Shown in pieces: positions 22,856 to 36,135 of a DNA stretch of 64,000 nucleotides (positions are counted from its first letter, which is position 1; each line of letters starts with the position of its first letter). Source of the stretch: Amoebidium appalachense (Eukaryota > Protista > Ichthyosporea). The translations under genes were made by a program, and so were the position numbers. The stretch is from positions 1,242,231-1,306,230 of the forward strand of contig CAVNZM010000009.1 of NCBI GenBank assembly GCA_963693365.1, written 5' to 3'. The notes beneath the pieces were generated by a model that saw only the letters and a program-made list of their open reading frames with translations, was not told the origin of the DNA and did not search any database.

Positions 22856-25410
22856 TCAGGAATGGGCAGGATGAGTGCCACCGGCAGTTTCACTCGCGAC
22901 TCTTGCACCCTGTTGGTGCTTGAGTCGGCTGCTGTAGGTGGACCACCCCATTTTGAGCGCCATTCTCTCCCCGTCCATCTCCTCAATCGCTGCCTCGATG
23001 CTGCTGTGCGTTTTGGCTGCCAGCTCGATAATGCGCTGGATGATGGGGGCCATGCGCTCCAGCCGCTTGCGGATGGACTCGTTGCAGGAGCGCCAAGATG
23101 TGCCGTATTTCTCCGTAAGCTGCATGAAACAAACGAATTAGATGTTTGCGTATGGGTAGCTGTGCTGGGGGGGAGGGAGGAGGGGGGGGGGGGGGGGGGA
23201 GGAGGGGGAGGGGGAGGGGGCTGGGAGCTTATGTTGATCTCGTACAGAAAGCTTACGATGGGAATCTTTTGAGGGTACGGGGAAGGGGAGGGGGGGGGGG
23301 GGGGGGGGGGGGGGAGGGAAGGTGGGGAAAGAGTGGGGGGGGGGGGGGGAGGGGGAGGGGAGGAAGGGGGGTTTTACACCTATGTGTCTTTAGAATGGGA
23401 AGCGTGATTGTTGTTTTTTTGGTGGGGTGGTGGTGGGAGGGGGGAAGGGGGGGGGAGGGGGTTGGGGGGGGGGGGGGAGGGGGGGGCTGGGGGGGCTTTG
23501 GGCTTAATGGAAGGGGCTTAATTGATCTCGTACAGAAAGCTTATGATAAGGATCTTTTAAGGGTATGGGGAAGAAGAGGGGAGGGGAGGGGGGGGGGGGG
23601 GGGGGGGGGGGGGATTGCGTGAATATGAACCCGTAATGAGGGGGTTGTGGGAGGCTTCGTCAATAGGCAAAGAGAAAGGAGAAACTGGAGTGGTTTTGAA
23701 AACCAAACACACCTCACGGATGCCTGGGCGGACATGGCGGCCCCGTGCATAGATCTCCCACACATCAGCCACTGAATCCAGCTTCTCCATTGCAAGCCAG
23801 GCGTGGTCCTGGTTGCCTCGGGGTGGTCGTCGAGATGGGGGCTGGGCTTGTCCTGCTGGCTGCGTTGGTTTGGGTGCCAAAAGGCGCTGCCCTCTACCTG
23901 GCGGGACCGACACACCTGGTGTTGTATTGGCTCTGTTCTCGGGATGTGCTCCTCCACCCACCGGGTTGCTGGCATCTGCACCAAACAAGTTTGAGAACAT
24001 AGTCTGCTTCACTCATGTGCTTGTGGTTGGCCCGTCAAATCAAGCTAGGCCCTCTCTCCCCTCTCCCTCCTCCCCCCTCCCCCCCCCCCCCCCTCCCCCC
24101 GCCCCCTCTCTCTCTCCTCCCTCCACCCCCTACCCCCATCCCCTTCCACTCTCCCTCGCTCTCTCTCCACCCCCCCCCCCCCCCCCCCTCTCTCTCCCTC
24201 CCGTGTGTGTGCGAGTGTGCGTATAGAGGGGGGGGGGTGGGGATGCATCTTTCTCTCTCTCTCTCTCTCTTTCACTCTCGCTCTCTCTCTCTCTCTCTCT
24301 CTCCCCGCCTCCCCCCCCCCCCCCCCCTCTCTCAACCCCCTCTTCCTCTCCCTCTTCCTCTTCATTCCCGCCCCCGCCCCCACCCCCCTTCCCCCACCCA
24401 CCCTCCGTCCCTCCATCCCCTCTCTCTGTGCGTGGGAGTTCTCTCTCTCCCTCCCCCTCTTCCCTTCCCCCACGCCCACCCTTATCCCACCCCCATCCAC
24501 CTTCCCCTCCCCCCTCCCTCCCTTCCTGTCCTCTTTCTGTGTGAGAGTTTGTCTGTGGGTAAGTGGGTCTGTGTGTGGGGGGGGACGTGCGGGTGCGGCT
24601 GCAAGGATTATGGAAAGTGGTGTGGTGTGGTGGTGTGTCTCTGTGTGCGTAGAATGGGGCCGGGAAAAAAAGGGATGAGAGGGGGGGGGGGGTTTGAATG
24701 CGTCAAAAAGCACGAAGTACACAAGAACAAACGGATAACACGATGCAGAATGCAAGCCATACATAAAGAGTATGCATAATAAGCAGAGCCCATCCTCAGG
24801 GGGGGCCCACGTCATCCACAGTACCCGAGTTTCGACCTATTCCCCTGGGGGGGGGGGGGGGGGGAGCAACCGTGGTCTATTGTTGAGGCCCTTTGATGCA
24901 CACCAGCAGCTTCGTGATGTTGACCTGCCGCTGGAGGCGGGATGTGTTGCTGCGGTTCGTTTGAAGGGGTTGAACCAGGAGGCCTGGGCCAGAAGCAGCC
25001 TGTACACGGCAGGATCAGGGCAAAGTGAGGATTGGATGTCGCACCATCCAGCCCTTCAATACACCACCACACATGCGAGGAAATAAACCTCATCATCAAT
25101 AGCCTAATGGACATCTATCCCCAATACACACCATTCCTGCAGGGCATCGTATCAATTCACAACTGCCCATCAAATAGATCCAAGAGGAGGGTCAGGGTTG
25201 GGAGACAAAGGGAAAGAACTTGAGTGGAGATAGATGACATACCTGAGCAACCACCGTTTGGCAGGCCAGCAACATCGAGGGGAACATAGTTTCCCTCCAC
25301 ATAAATCATGTTGTCCGGGAACTTGACTGACTGCGAGCCCGCAAGGAAGTTGCCTGCATCCGGTGCGCAGGATAAGGACAGAGTACACGTACACGTAAGC
25401 GTGTGTGAGC

Positions 25411-25479
<69 letters not shown>

Positions 25480-27556
25480 GAGAGGGTGTGTGAGTGTTTG
25501 AGGGTGTGTCTGTGTTGTTGTGTGTGTAAGGAAGTGTTTGTGTGAGTGTGTGAGTGTGTGGCAGCGCTGGAAGTTGGGGGGGGGGGGGGGGGGGGGGGGG
25601 GAGGAGGGGAGAGGGGGGGGGGGGGGGAGAGGGGGAGGGGGGGGGGGGGGGGGGGAGGAGGGGAGGGGGCAGGGGGGGGGGGGGAAGGGGAGGAGGAGGG
25701 GAGGGGCGGGGGGGAGGAGCAGAGGGAGGGGGGGGGGGGGGGGGGCACATACCGAGGGTTGTCAGTTGGTTGCGCATGTCCTGCACCTGGGCCTGCAGGG
25801 CGGCCATCTGAGCGGTGTGTGTCCGTTCTGCTGCCGCACGAGCGAGGTCGGCCTCCAGCAACTGCTGCTCCATCTGACGACGCCGCTGTGTCTCCTTGAG
25901 AGCCCAGCCCTGCCACTCGTTTCGATCGGACAGCGAAAGGTGCGTGGTGTTGCGCAAACTGTGCATCTGGCCGCACACATCACGCAGGGCACCGGCAACC
26001 TCCACCGGCAGGGTTGTAGGGACAGAGGCCGCCCCAGTCTCTACGGCATGCACATGGGCGCGAACCACCTCTGCAAACCTCTGGAAATCCTCAGACCAGT
26101 GTATTAATATATTAATGAGCTGTTTCTGGTGGTGGTGGTGGTGCAGTGGTCAAGCAATGGGGGACGGGGGGGGGGAGGGGGGAGGGGGGAGGGGGGGTAT
26201 CGAAACAGGGGGGGGAGGAGGGGGGGGTTATGGAAACAGGGGGTGACGGAACAGGGGGTGGCGGTGAAGAAAGGGCAAGCAGGGGTGGGGTGTGTCGGTG
26301 AAGAAAGGGCAAGCAGGGGTGGTGTGTGTGTGTGTGTGTGGAGGATGGGGGGGAGGGGGGGAGGGGGGAGGGGGGAGAACCGAGGAGGCCTTGTGGCAGA
26401 ACAGGGGGTGGTGGTGAAGAAAGGAAGGAGGGAGGGAGGGAGGGAGGGAGGGAGGGAGGGAGGGAGAGAGAGAGGGGGGGAGGGAGAAAGAGAACGAGAG
26501 GGGGGGGGGCGGGAGGAGAGAGAGAGACAGAGAGAGGGAATGAGAGGGAGAGAGAAAGAGTGGAAGGAACGAGAGGGGAGGGAGGGAGAGAGAAAGAGAG
26601 AGAGAGAAAGAGGGGGAGGGGGGGTAGGGGGAGAGTCGGAGAGAGACAGACAACGAGGGGTAGGGGAGGGGGGGGGGGGAGAGGGAGAGAGGGAGAGAGG
26701 GACAGGAAGGGAGAGGGAGATAAGAGAGGGGGGGAAGAGGGAGATAAAGAGAGGGAGGAAGGGAGGGGAAGAAAGAGAGAGACACAACGAAGAGGGGGTG
26801 GTGGTGGAAGGAGAGAGAGCGAGGTTAATAGATAACAAAGACAGGAAGGGGGGGGGGGGGGGGAGGGGGGGGGGGAGAGAGAAAGAGTGTGTGTGAGCGG
26901 GTGATGGGGGTAAACCCCGGGAAAAGGGGGGAGGGGGGGGGGGGGGGGGGGAAAGCACGTTGGTGATACACACCTGATGATTCTGCCACGAACCATATGC
27001 TTTCACTGTCCCGCGCCCCACGGCTTTCCAACCACTCCGCCTTCAGGGCCTCATTCAACCGTGCGTCGTCCCGTGCGTCGTCCTCCAGCCTGGGCTGCCC
27101 TACACGTTCCCCTAGCTCCTCACCCTCGTCCATGGTCCCGCTTATGTCTGGCACCTGGGTCTCCTCCTGTCCTGAACCACGTTCGACCCCCTCCATCCTG
27201 ACTCCCACACCATCCCCCGACCTGCCCAAATCTCCGTCCACACCCCCGCGTTCGAACGTGAGCCCTTCCATCCTGTCTCCCGCATCCTCCACCAACCCAT
27301 CCACCCCCCTACCCACACCATCCCTCCCATTTCCGTCGCTCCTACTGGTGTTCCCAACCCCTCCAACCCCTTCAACCCCCCAAACCCCTTCCAGCGGCCC
27401 TCCGTCGCGGGGGACCTGTGCTCCCCTCTCAGGGACAAGGGTAGGGATTTGCGGGGCCCGGCGTTTTCTCTTACTGAGGGCGCCGTCGACACCACGCTCG
27501 TTTGGACCACGCTCAGTTGATTCCTTTTTTCGCTTTCGTGAGTTGGGTTTGTCCAT
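22856..27556 (-). pseudogene. Crypton(F)-like / Ndc10-Gcr1-like relic with spliced GCR1_C DNA-binding domain; tyrosine recombinase core not visible
   Basis: SVADVWEIYARGRHVRPGIRE|LTEKYGTSWRSCNESIRKRLERMAPIIQRII..SIEAAIEEMD (intron 23712-23120) matches the GCR1_C pattern. WSEDFQRFAEVV and a coiled coil at 26100-25755. N-terminal GTVKAYGSWQ motif is out of frame with ORF 26825-27556. Confidence 0.6.
24693..24846 (-). mobile_element. Structured non-coding repeat SR1, 5'-truncated copy A
   Basis: Reverse complement of the last about 154 nt of copies B/C. Flanked by G-runs on the + strand on both sides. Confidence 0.85.
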
Positions 27557-28097
27557 CGCTGTGTCTTATTGAGGTGACGCTGGTCGCTAATATAAGGAAA
27601 CCCCCCTGCTGAAGATGCAAAAAGATATATTCTGGAAATTTGGCGCCAAATTGCAGGCGCCGGCCTATCAGAAGCTGATTCTGAGGAGGCCGCCTATTGG
27701 TCAAGTGACGTCACGTGCAGCTCCAGGGGGTCTCGAGAGACTCCCGCAAGGGCCGGGAAGGCTCTACTATGCTCTCTTTTCTGAAAAAGCTTAATGTGGG
27801 CGGCAGCTAAGTAAAAATAGCTATAGTTTATTTTTTTCTTTTTTTCGGGACCCATTCCAGCCTAGCCAGCCTCCGCCAGGGGGCCATTCGGGATTCGGGT
27901 GGCAGGCCAGTGCCATGTTTCACCGCGCGCGCCTCCCCCCCATTGGCGATCTAGGGGGCCCCTCGAGCCAGGGCCACGAGCCCCCTAGGAGGGGTATCCG
28001 TGACCCAGGAGCCGCGGGCGCGATTCGGGCCGCGGGATTGGTGGAGCCGACCTGCCCGGTCCACATTGCGGTCGCACCCTACTCTGACTACAGTATA

Positions 28098-28284
28098 CAT
28101 TTTAGACACCAAACTGCTTTTCGATTGCTTTATGGCCGGTCTGATGATGAGAGGCAGCACCCGGCTGCCGTCCCCGCAGGCCCCCACTGGGCCGCAAATA
28201 AATCACATGTACTGACTCCTGGCCCTGGGGCCATACATACGAGATCAATACAGATAAGGCCCTCGGGCCCGAAAACAGAAATCA

Positions 28285-28320
<36 letters not shown>

Positions 28321-29628
28321 GGCCCCCCCCCAAACCAAGCACTACTACCCTCAACCTAGACTTACAGCCCTGATCCATAAAGCTGAGAACAGCAGGCAAA
28401 CGGCGAGGAAACAGAATGCGGGCGGGTGGGTGGGCCCTAAGAGAAGCGGCGAGGAAAAGACTGTTTGAGAGAAGCGAAAAACATGACTTTTATAGTCGCT
28501 TCTACAGGAAGAGATGTGTGATGCGGAACATCACACCATCTTCTTCCAATTGGTGGATAAAATGAGTATTTACCAAATATATCATTTTAGACACCAAACT
28601 GCTATCTACGTCCACTAAGACACAGCTGGCTAACATACACTATTATACAATTACGCTGGCTGGCTGGGGCCCCTCAGCCTGCCCAGGAACCGGGGGTGCC
28701 GTCCAGACGAAATGCTTGCATACGCCACGGCCGCACCCCACGCGGGAAAATCACCTCAGAGGGGCGCAGAGGCACACTTGCCGAAGCCAACCCCTGAAGG
28801 ACGGGCCACCACGACGCCGTATCCCACACTGGAACGACGAGGATGCCCGCTGCACCTTCCCGCTGCAGCTTGGCCACCGTTCGCTTGATCAGCGGGAACG
28901 GAGGCGCCCACCAGCTTGGTGCCGTCCACGGCACCGCCAACCCATCTGCCATCCCACCGGGGGGTCTAGGTACCTCCCCATGTCGTGGGGAGGTGGCGGC
29001 CCAGCGCACCATTCGGGTGTGATGCCATACTTAATCCAGAAGAGCACGTCCTTGGCTGCTCCACCTCGCGCCCACTCGTCGTGGCACGCACGCACCCGTT
29101 GATAGAGCGGTGCAGGTGCTACCCCGCCCACTGGCTTACTGGGAGCACACATAACCGGCCGCCCCCGCACAGACCACTGCTGCCGGGGCCCACACTAGAA
29201 CTAGAGAGCAGCACACGTTGCTGCTGTACATGCTCACGCGAGCAGCCCACACGGGCTAACGTTGCCAGACGTGCCTAGGTGCTTATAGCTACACAAACAA
29301 CCCCAAAACACAACCCCACTTGGGTTTTGCAAAAACTCATGAGCGCATCCGGTCTCAATGATCTGCGGTTCCTGGGCCTATTATTGTAGCTAAAGTCTAG
29401 GGACCTACACGACTGACTATAGCGCTCACTGCGCTCAAAAGCTTTGGTCTTGGTCACTAGACCGGCCTCACTAGCGCGCGAGAAGCGGCGAGGAAAAGAC
29501 TGTTTGAGAGAAGCGAAAAACACGACTTTTATTTATAGTCGCTTCTACAGGAAGAGACGTGTGATGCCGATCATCACACCATCTTCTTCCGATTGGTGGA
29601 TAAATTGAGTATTTACCAAATATATCAT
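28098..29628 (-). mobile_element. Internally deleted DIRS-order (PAT-like) tyrosine-recombinase retrotransposon with split direct repeats
   Basis: DIRS MT-like domain WWAPPFPLIKRTVAKLQREGAAGILVVPVWDTASWWPVL (28674-28930) and pre-RT-like RVRACHDEW..VLFWIKYG. Repeat A (about 145 bp) at 29480-29628 and 28441-28585. Repeat B (21 bp) at 28583-28603 and 28098-28118. Confidence 0.75.
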
Positions 29629-30643
29629 ACAACGTTCTTGTTGCAGGTGCAGATGATATATGTTGTTCTCGGCTAAATGAAGTTTTTGTTCCGTCCCCCT
29701 TCCCCCCCCCCCCCCCCCCCACCACCACCACCACCACCACCACAACTACCCACTGGTCCATGGCATACAGACACCCACACACACAGACACCACCACAACT
29801 TATGCCTCCCCCGCCCCCCCCCCCCCCCCACCCCCCCCATCCCCCCGGGCCCCCCAACCCCCCCCTCCACCACTAGAACACTGCACCACGTGCACACCCA
29901 TGTGCACAATACACACACACGCGCGCGCGCGTGCGCGCGCGCGCGCCACAGATTATCGCGGACACTTGTACATGTGGTCCCTCTCTAGCACAATGTCAGC
30001 TGCAAACGATTGTGCATTGTGTATGTAGCCTACCTCCACGAATACCTGGCCCCTCACATAGTATTACCACAGTTTTACGATCGCGCCGCAGCAAACACAC
30101 AGGATGCCCTGGGAAGGAGAAACATCAGTAGTTCTTGACACATGAAGGTGCTTTACGTGGAAACAAGAGGGAATTCTCCCGTTCGGTTCTCACCACGTGT
30201 ATGCCCGTCACTTGGGTGTACGTAGAAAATAAAAACGGGCACTCTGGGGGTGCGAGGCAGGCTTTATGTACCCCGGGAAAGATAGGGGTTTGCTGAAGAA
30301 CCAACTCAGATTCATGAAGCAGGATCGCGGAGTCAATCCAATCTCGTACAGTTTTCATGTGTGTATAGCTTATGTAAAAGTACGATCCGTTTCATTGATA
30401 AACCCAATATGGGAGACTGGGTGTCAATGCACACATACAAACTCGTATTGCTGACACATTGACACGACCAAGTGGATACATAACTGGATATGCTCGTTGT
30501 GTGTGCCTGTGTCTGGGCATGCAAGTGTATCTCTGTCTTTGTGTGGTGTATGAATTCTTAAGGTGGTGATGGTGCCAGGAGTGGTGGCCTATTTACGTGC
30601 GTGCGCAAGTGTGTGAAGATGGAGACGGTGCGAGTGTGTGTGT

Positions 30644-30686
<43 letters not shown>

Positions 30687-31310
30687 AGAAATACTACACG
30701 GTACTAATATCGGGCACATGAGCGTGAAGACCATCCGCACATGCACGTGTGCACAAGCGGACATGCACGTAGTGTGTGGTTTTGGTGGTTGAGGTGTGTG
30801 TGTGTGTGTTGGGGGGGGGGGGGGGGGGGGGGGGTAAAGCCTATAGATATTTGACAAGAAAGGTTGTACATAACACAAAACGACAAAAACGCACAGCAAC
30901 ACAGGCACGTGTCACAGGAGGAGGGTGACATGCCACACAGCACCCAATACAGACACCTAACGTAATAGGTGGACCCCGTATGTACACGTGTGTGTGTGTG
31001 TGTGCGTGTGCTTGTGTAGCAAGGTCGTAGATGGCTGTGTGGGCATGCACAAAACAGGGTGTGAGTTTGAGTGTGCGCGGGGATGAATCTGGCATGCATG
31101 TTTTGATGCGTGCAGATACGATATGCACACAGTGTAGATGCACCACATCCCGCCCAGTGCAAAAAGCACATCCCAACACCAGAAGCATAAAAAAGAAACA
31201 AGACACGTCACCACCAAAATCTCGCACCGTAATCAGAAGGAAACCGCATATCCCGCCTTCATGCATCATCGCTCAACGAATCACATTTATTACGTTTTTC
31301 GCAGCGACAT

Positions 31311-33595
31311 TTAAGAGTTGGAGTTGGGGCCCTTCTTCTTGCCGAAGCCAGCCACGACGTTGACGAAGCGCTTGTTGTACTGAGCACGGCGCTTGGCCCG
31401 GCCCGTCAGCTTCTTGGCCTTCTCCTGGGCCTCCTTCTTGGGCGTCTGCGACTTCACCTTACCGGCACGGGCCAGAGAACCGTGCACCTTACCTGTGGGT
31501 GTACGTGTACGTGTACGTGTGTGCATGCAAGTGTGTTTATGTGTGTATGTGTCCGCTGGAGGCTATGTGCATGTTGCGTGGTGTGTGTACATGTTTGCGT
31601 GGACATAGGCTGTGTTGGTTTGTGTGTGGCAACATTTGATACTTGTGTGTCAGTGTGTGTATGCGAGCGCTCATGCACGTGCCGAAGAAAGTGGAGGGAG
31701 GAAGGAGAGGAGGGCGAGAAGTGGGTGCTTATGTTGGTGTTTGAGTGTGTGTGTGGATGCGTGTGTTCATGGAGATGGGAAGAAATTAGTTGTCAGTTCA
31801 CAACATCCAATCATGGAAACAAAAGTGCTGACTGTTCAACAGCAGATTGCAGCCCCCCTCCCCCCCCCTCAGAATAAGCGACTACACGCACACCTGCACC
31901 TCCCCCCCCCCCCCCCCAAAAAAAAAGGCAAAAAACAAGTAACCCCAGCACATCTACCTCACTGTAACACCCCCTCTCCCCCATAGCTCCAATACTACTC
32001 AACATACCCCCTGCTCAGCAATACCAGAAAACATAAAACCCTCCATTCTAAAGCGTTGTAATGATCAGTTTGCACAAGCACACAGAGCATGCCCCCCCCC
32101 CCCCCCCAAAAAAAAAAAAACAAACAAAAGAAACATTTGTCTGTCTCCTCACCAACCAAAATCACCCCCCCCCCCCCCCTTTTTTTTAAAAAAAAAAAAA
32201 GACCCCTGGGGGAAAGGAGCGACAAGGGGGGAGGGGGGGGGGGGGGGGCAGGCCGTGCATTTTTAGGCACCAAATACCACGCCCTCCTTCGGTATCCATG
32301 CCCCCAAGACAGACAAGCATGCAAACACACACGACACTGCCCCACACACTGGGCTGCTATCAACACTAGCCTCCAGGATCACAGAAACTCCAACATCAAC
32401 ACATAAAACTCCCTAACTGCCTTCACTATAGCCCATCCTATTTTCTTTCAGCCGCCCTCCCCCTTCACCCCACACCCACTTGTACACACAGACCCCTCCC
32501 CCCTTCGTCTGCTCCCTCTTTCACCCTCCCCCGAAAAAGCACTTTCCATATCCTTCTGCAAGACCGTAACACCCCAACAATATCTATGCCACCCTCCTCC
32601 TGTCCCCACCGCTAGCACTTTCCACGTGAGGTGACCCTATCCATGAGAGAAATGAAGTGTGCGCATTCTTTCGTGTCAGCCTCCCGAGTGCGCTCGAAGA
32701 AGAAACGTGTAAGATTGCTGCAATATGTATAAAATTATAACTTAGGCAATACAAGGGCCACCCTTTCATACCGCCGCCTACGCAAGAAAACCTGTGTGTG
32801 GGTGCCTTCAAGAAGTGTATATGTAAAAAAAAAAGGATCATGAATCGTAGTGAGGTATGATGGACTGACACATGTGTGATGATAACACAGCTTGTCCCCT
32901 GTTGTCAAAAATCTGCAAAACGAAAAAGGGTGTTGAATAACGAATGTCTGATAAAATACCCGCGCTGTCCCCTTCTCCCCACTTTCGGCCTCCTTATCAA
33001 AAGTCGTTCTGTTGCTTGGATCCCGTCCTCTTGATCCTCCGATCTTAAACTAGACTTCACGAGTGACTTCTATAGCTTATCTGTACGAGCACCTAACTGA
33101 ACGGGTGTAAGCGGAGAGGGTGGAGGCTGCCTGAAACGTTTTTCCGGAAAAAAAAACTTATTTTCGCTGCAGCAGCACAATGATCCCTGCCGTGTACGCC
33201 ACCTGGTCGCCGCTCATCCTGTTCTGTGCCCGCACTCCCCTGCTACTCGCTAATGCGCGGTGTGGCGGGTAGAACGGGGGGTAGGTTCCAACATCAAACA
33301 ATCCCCACAGAGACCAACCCAAAGCCCCCTCCCCAAGAGAAGTAATCCACAGCACCAACATGAAGTAATACATACCACCGAGAAGACGGGGGGTGACGTT
33401 CAGGGTGGACAGGTTGCCAACAGCGCAGGCGGCGAGGGTGGAGTCGTCGCTCAGGGGCACGCCGGCGTAGCACACCACCTGATCAGCGCAGGGGAGGCCC
33501 TCCATGCGTGCAACAAACTCCTTAACATCGGCGACGGTGGACGTGCCGTTGAACTCGGCCAGGTGGCTGGCGCCCGACACAACGAAAACCTGCAT
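31311..33595 (-). CDS. FAU: Ubiquitin-like FUBI-40S ribosomal protein eS30 fusion, 133 aa, 2 exons
   Basis: Exon 1 (33595-33376) encodes the ubiquitin-like MQVFVVSG...RLLG, followed by a GTATGT donor. Exon 2 (31492-31311), after an ACAG acceptor, encodes [19 protein letters not shown]...[21 protein letters not shown], the eS30 signature. Confidence 0.96.
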
Positions 33596-34545
33596 GTTGC
33601 CCTGTGTTTTTCTGCCTAGGCAGCTCGACAGAACTTGGTAGAGAGCGGAAACTGGCGCGAGCGTAGCGCTGATGACTGACCCCGTTCGTGCCCAGGTGCC
33701 CTCGTGCACACAGGAAACGCAAAATGGCCAATGGCAGAGAATCAATAATAGTTTAAGCAGTATGTGACTTGTAAAACTATTATAATTGGTGCTTATATTT
33801 AGAGCAGAGATGGTCTCTTTCCAGATCACGCAACGCATTTAGACCCTGTCGCATGTGTTGAAATGCGACAGACTGCGACAGCACAGAGATCTAAAACGTA
33901 AGCAAAGCAACGTTGGACTCGGCGAGTTGAGTTCACACACATACATACACGTAGGTGCAGATTGAAAAGCCAGAAACGTTTGTTTATTTGTATCAGTCTT
34001 TGCAAGCATGTATGGAACTTGCCCAATTTCCGACGCTTCTTTTACTTCAAACTTATGTGGTTACTCACGGCTAGGCGACTGCATCGTACAAGACACTGAC
34101 TGGCTTGTTGCACTCACTCCGTTGTTTCAAACTGCGTAAGCTTGTCGAAGGGACGTGTGACTCGGTCTTTCAATTGCGACTCTCGCGCTTGGTAAATGCA
34201 GGTGCTGTGTTTTTCTCTATGAACCCACAAGCTGGGTGTGGTGTTTAGACTGTAAGGAACAGTAAGCTGTCGAGCATATGGCAAGTTTCTGTCGGATCCT
34301 CCCTCCCTCCCTCCCCCCCCCCCCCCCCCCCCCCCCCCCATCCCTCCCTCACTCTCTCAAGTTTACGTAAATGTAGGACGTTCCACCCGCTTAGATTTCC
34401 CGGAAGATCACACCATGAATTCTTTTGGTATGATGGAAAAGGCAGTGGCTAGGTAAGTTAAGTGTTCTTGTGTTATAATTTCATGCTGTTTCTGTGTTTG
34501 CACCTGTGGAGAGGCAGCACGCACCTTTTGAACATAACCTTGCTC

Positions 34546-34599
34546 CTGTTGCTCCTGTCTTCAAGTTTGCCGTGAGTGTATAATTGTGAAGAAAAGCTG

Positions 34600-34637
<38 letters not shown>

Positions 34638-34713
34638 GGTTGACCGAAGTTGAGCACTCTTGTTGCTCCTGTCTTCGAGTTTGCCGTGAGTGTATAATTG
34701 TGAAGAAAAGTTG

Positions 34714-34753
<40 letters not shown>

Positions 34754-34770
34754 GGTTGACCGAAGTTGAA
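34546..34770. repeat. Tandem duplication of about 113 bp containing a (TG)n tract
   Basis: TGTTGCTCCTGTCTTC(A/G)AGTTTGCCGTGAGTGTATAATTGTGAAGAAAAG...(TG)n TACGGGTTGACCGAAGTTGA occurs twice. Confidence 0.85.
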
Positions 34771-35010
34771 CAAGAAGTGTTGAGGTGATGAGGCATTTAG
34801 GTAGCCGTTTTAGCAGAAGGAATTTGGTTTGGGGATATATCTTTAGGTCACATACACGTTTTTTTCTGCACTTGCCTCCCCCGCCCCCGGCGTTACCCCC
34901 CGCGCCATCCCACCCCACTCCTACACCACACATACACACGTTAACACTCGCGCGCACACGACCGTGAGTGCAGTTACGGGTGCACACCCTCCCTCCTTTG
35001 TACACGTTTT

Positions 35011-35053
<43 letters not shown>

Positions 35054-35287
35054 ACACACACACCCTTAAACATAATACAAATCTCTTGTCGTTAAAGAAA
35101 GGACGGTGGCTGGAGGGGAGGGGGGGGGGGGGGGGGGGGAGAGGGAGAGGGAGAGGGAGGGACGCAAAAGACCGCCGAGACGTGTTTTGTTTTTATCCTG
35201 CAAAGAACTCGGCTCTTTTGTGTAGGTGAGCAATACTCGAATCCCGTGTTTGCTAGTTGCTTGTGTTACGCGAAAGGTTTTTTTTTT

Positions 35288-35318
<31 letters not shown>

Positions 35319-35753
35319 ATTTAGTGGTTGTTGAAGTTGTGCCTCCTTCTTTGTGTGATATCTAGGACATTAAACCGTTCCCTTCTTCTTTTGGAAGGCA
35401 GAAAAGAAATAGCGATATTTTTACCTGTCCTCCGTCAACTAGAGGAACATACATTTCGAGCTGTTCTTTTGTTTTTTGTCGACGCTGCGAAGGCACAGTG
35501 TGCCATGGGGCCAAGATTAATGGCTTAGCCTTTCTCAATAAATTACACATTACCCTGTAAATTGTTGCACCCGTTTTCAAGCCGAAAGTGAAACCCCCCG
35601 CCCCTACGGCCCACGCATTTTTCTGCATACCGGTGCTGTATGAAGCCTACCCATGTGAAGCTTTACAATATGTGTGTGCCTGTGTGTGTATGTTTTATGG
35701 AGGAGAGAGGAAAGGGGGTGTCTATCTCCGTGTCCGACGATTTCAAATCCTTG

Positions 35754-35841
35754 TTTTTTTTTTTCTTTTGACTGGATTTATTCGACGGAAAGATATGCAA
35801 GTATGCACGGCATACTGAGAAGACAATAAAAACTTCACGAG
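35754..35841 (-). mobile_element. Very short 5'-truncated LINE 3' UTR copy with A-tail
   Basis: TTTTGACTGGATTTATTCGACGGAAAGATATGCAAGTATGCAC matches 45022-45064 and the reverse complement of the 55.7 kb end. Confidence 0.75.
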
Positions 35842-36135
35842 CATTTTCCAAATTCTTTTTTCGTGATTTCTGGCCTCTCTCCCTCTCTCTTGCGGCGGGC
35901 GGGTGTGGGGGGAGGGGGGAGTTACGGAGACCGCTTGCATAGTAAAAAGACTGAAAAAGGAGGATGGAAGATTGTGGTGCTGATTCGGTTTGAGTTTCGT
36001 GTGCACCCAATGAGGTTCGTGTGCACCCACAATCACAGACTCACACTCCTGTTTGCTGTCCTGCAGCGCACACCCACGCCTCTAGATCAATCGACTTCCT
36101 GCATTGTGTTATCTTATCACCCCCCCTCCCCCCCC

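Noticed and set aside
28141-28180. Hammerhead core CTGATGA followed by a hairpin in the DIRS/PAT element
   Set aside because: No GAAA after the stem, and no stem III or cleavage triplet.
31493-33375. Intronic snoRNA in the ribosomal-protein gene
   Set aside because: No convincing C/D box pair with a terminal stem seen by eye; an H/ACA RNA cannot be excluded without a covariance search.
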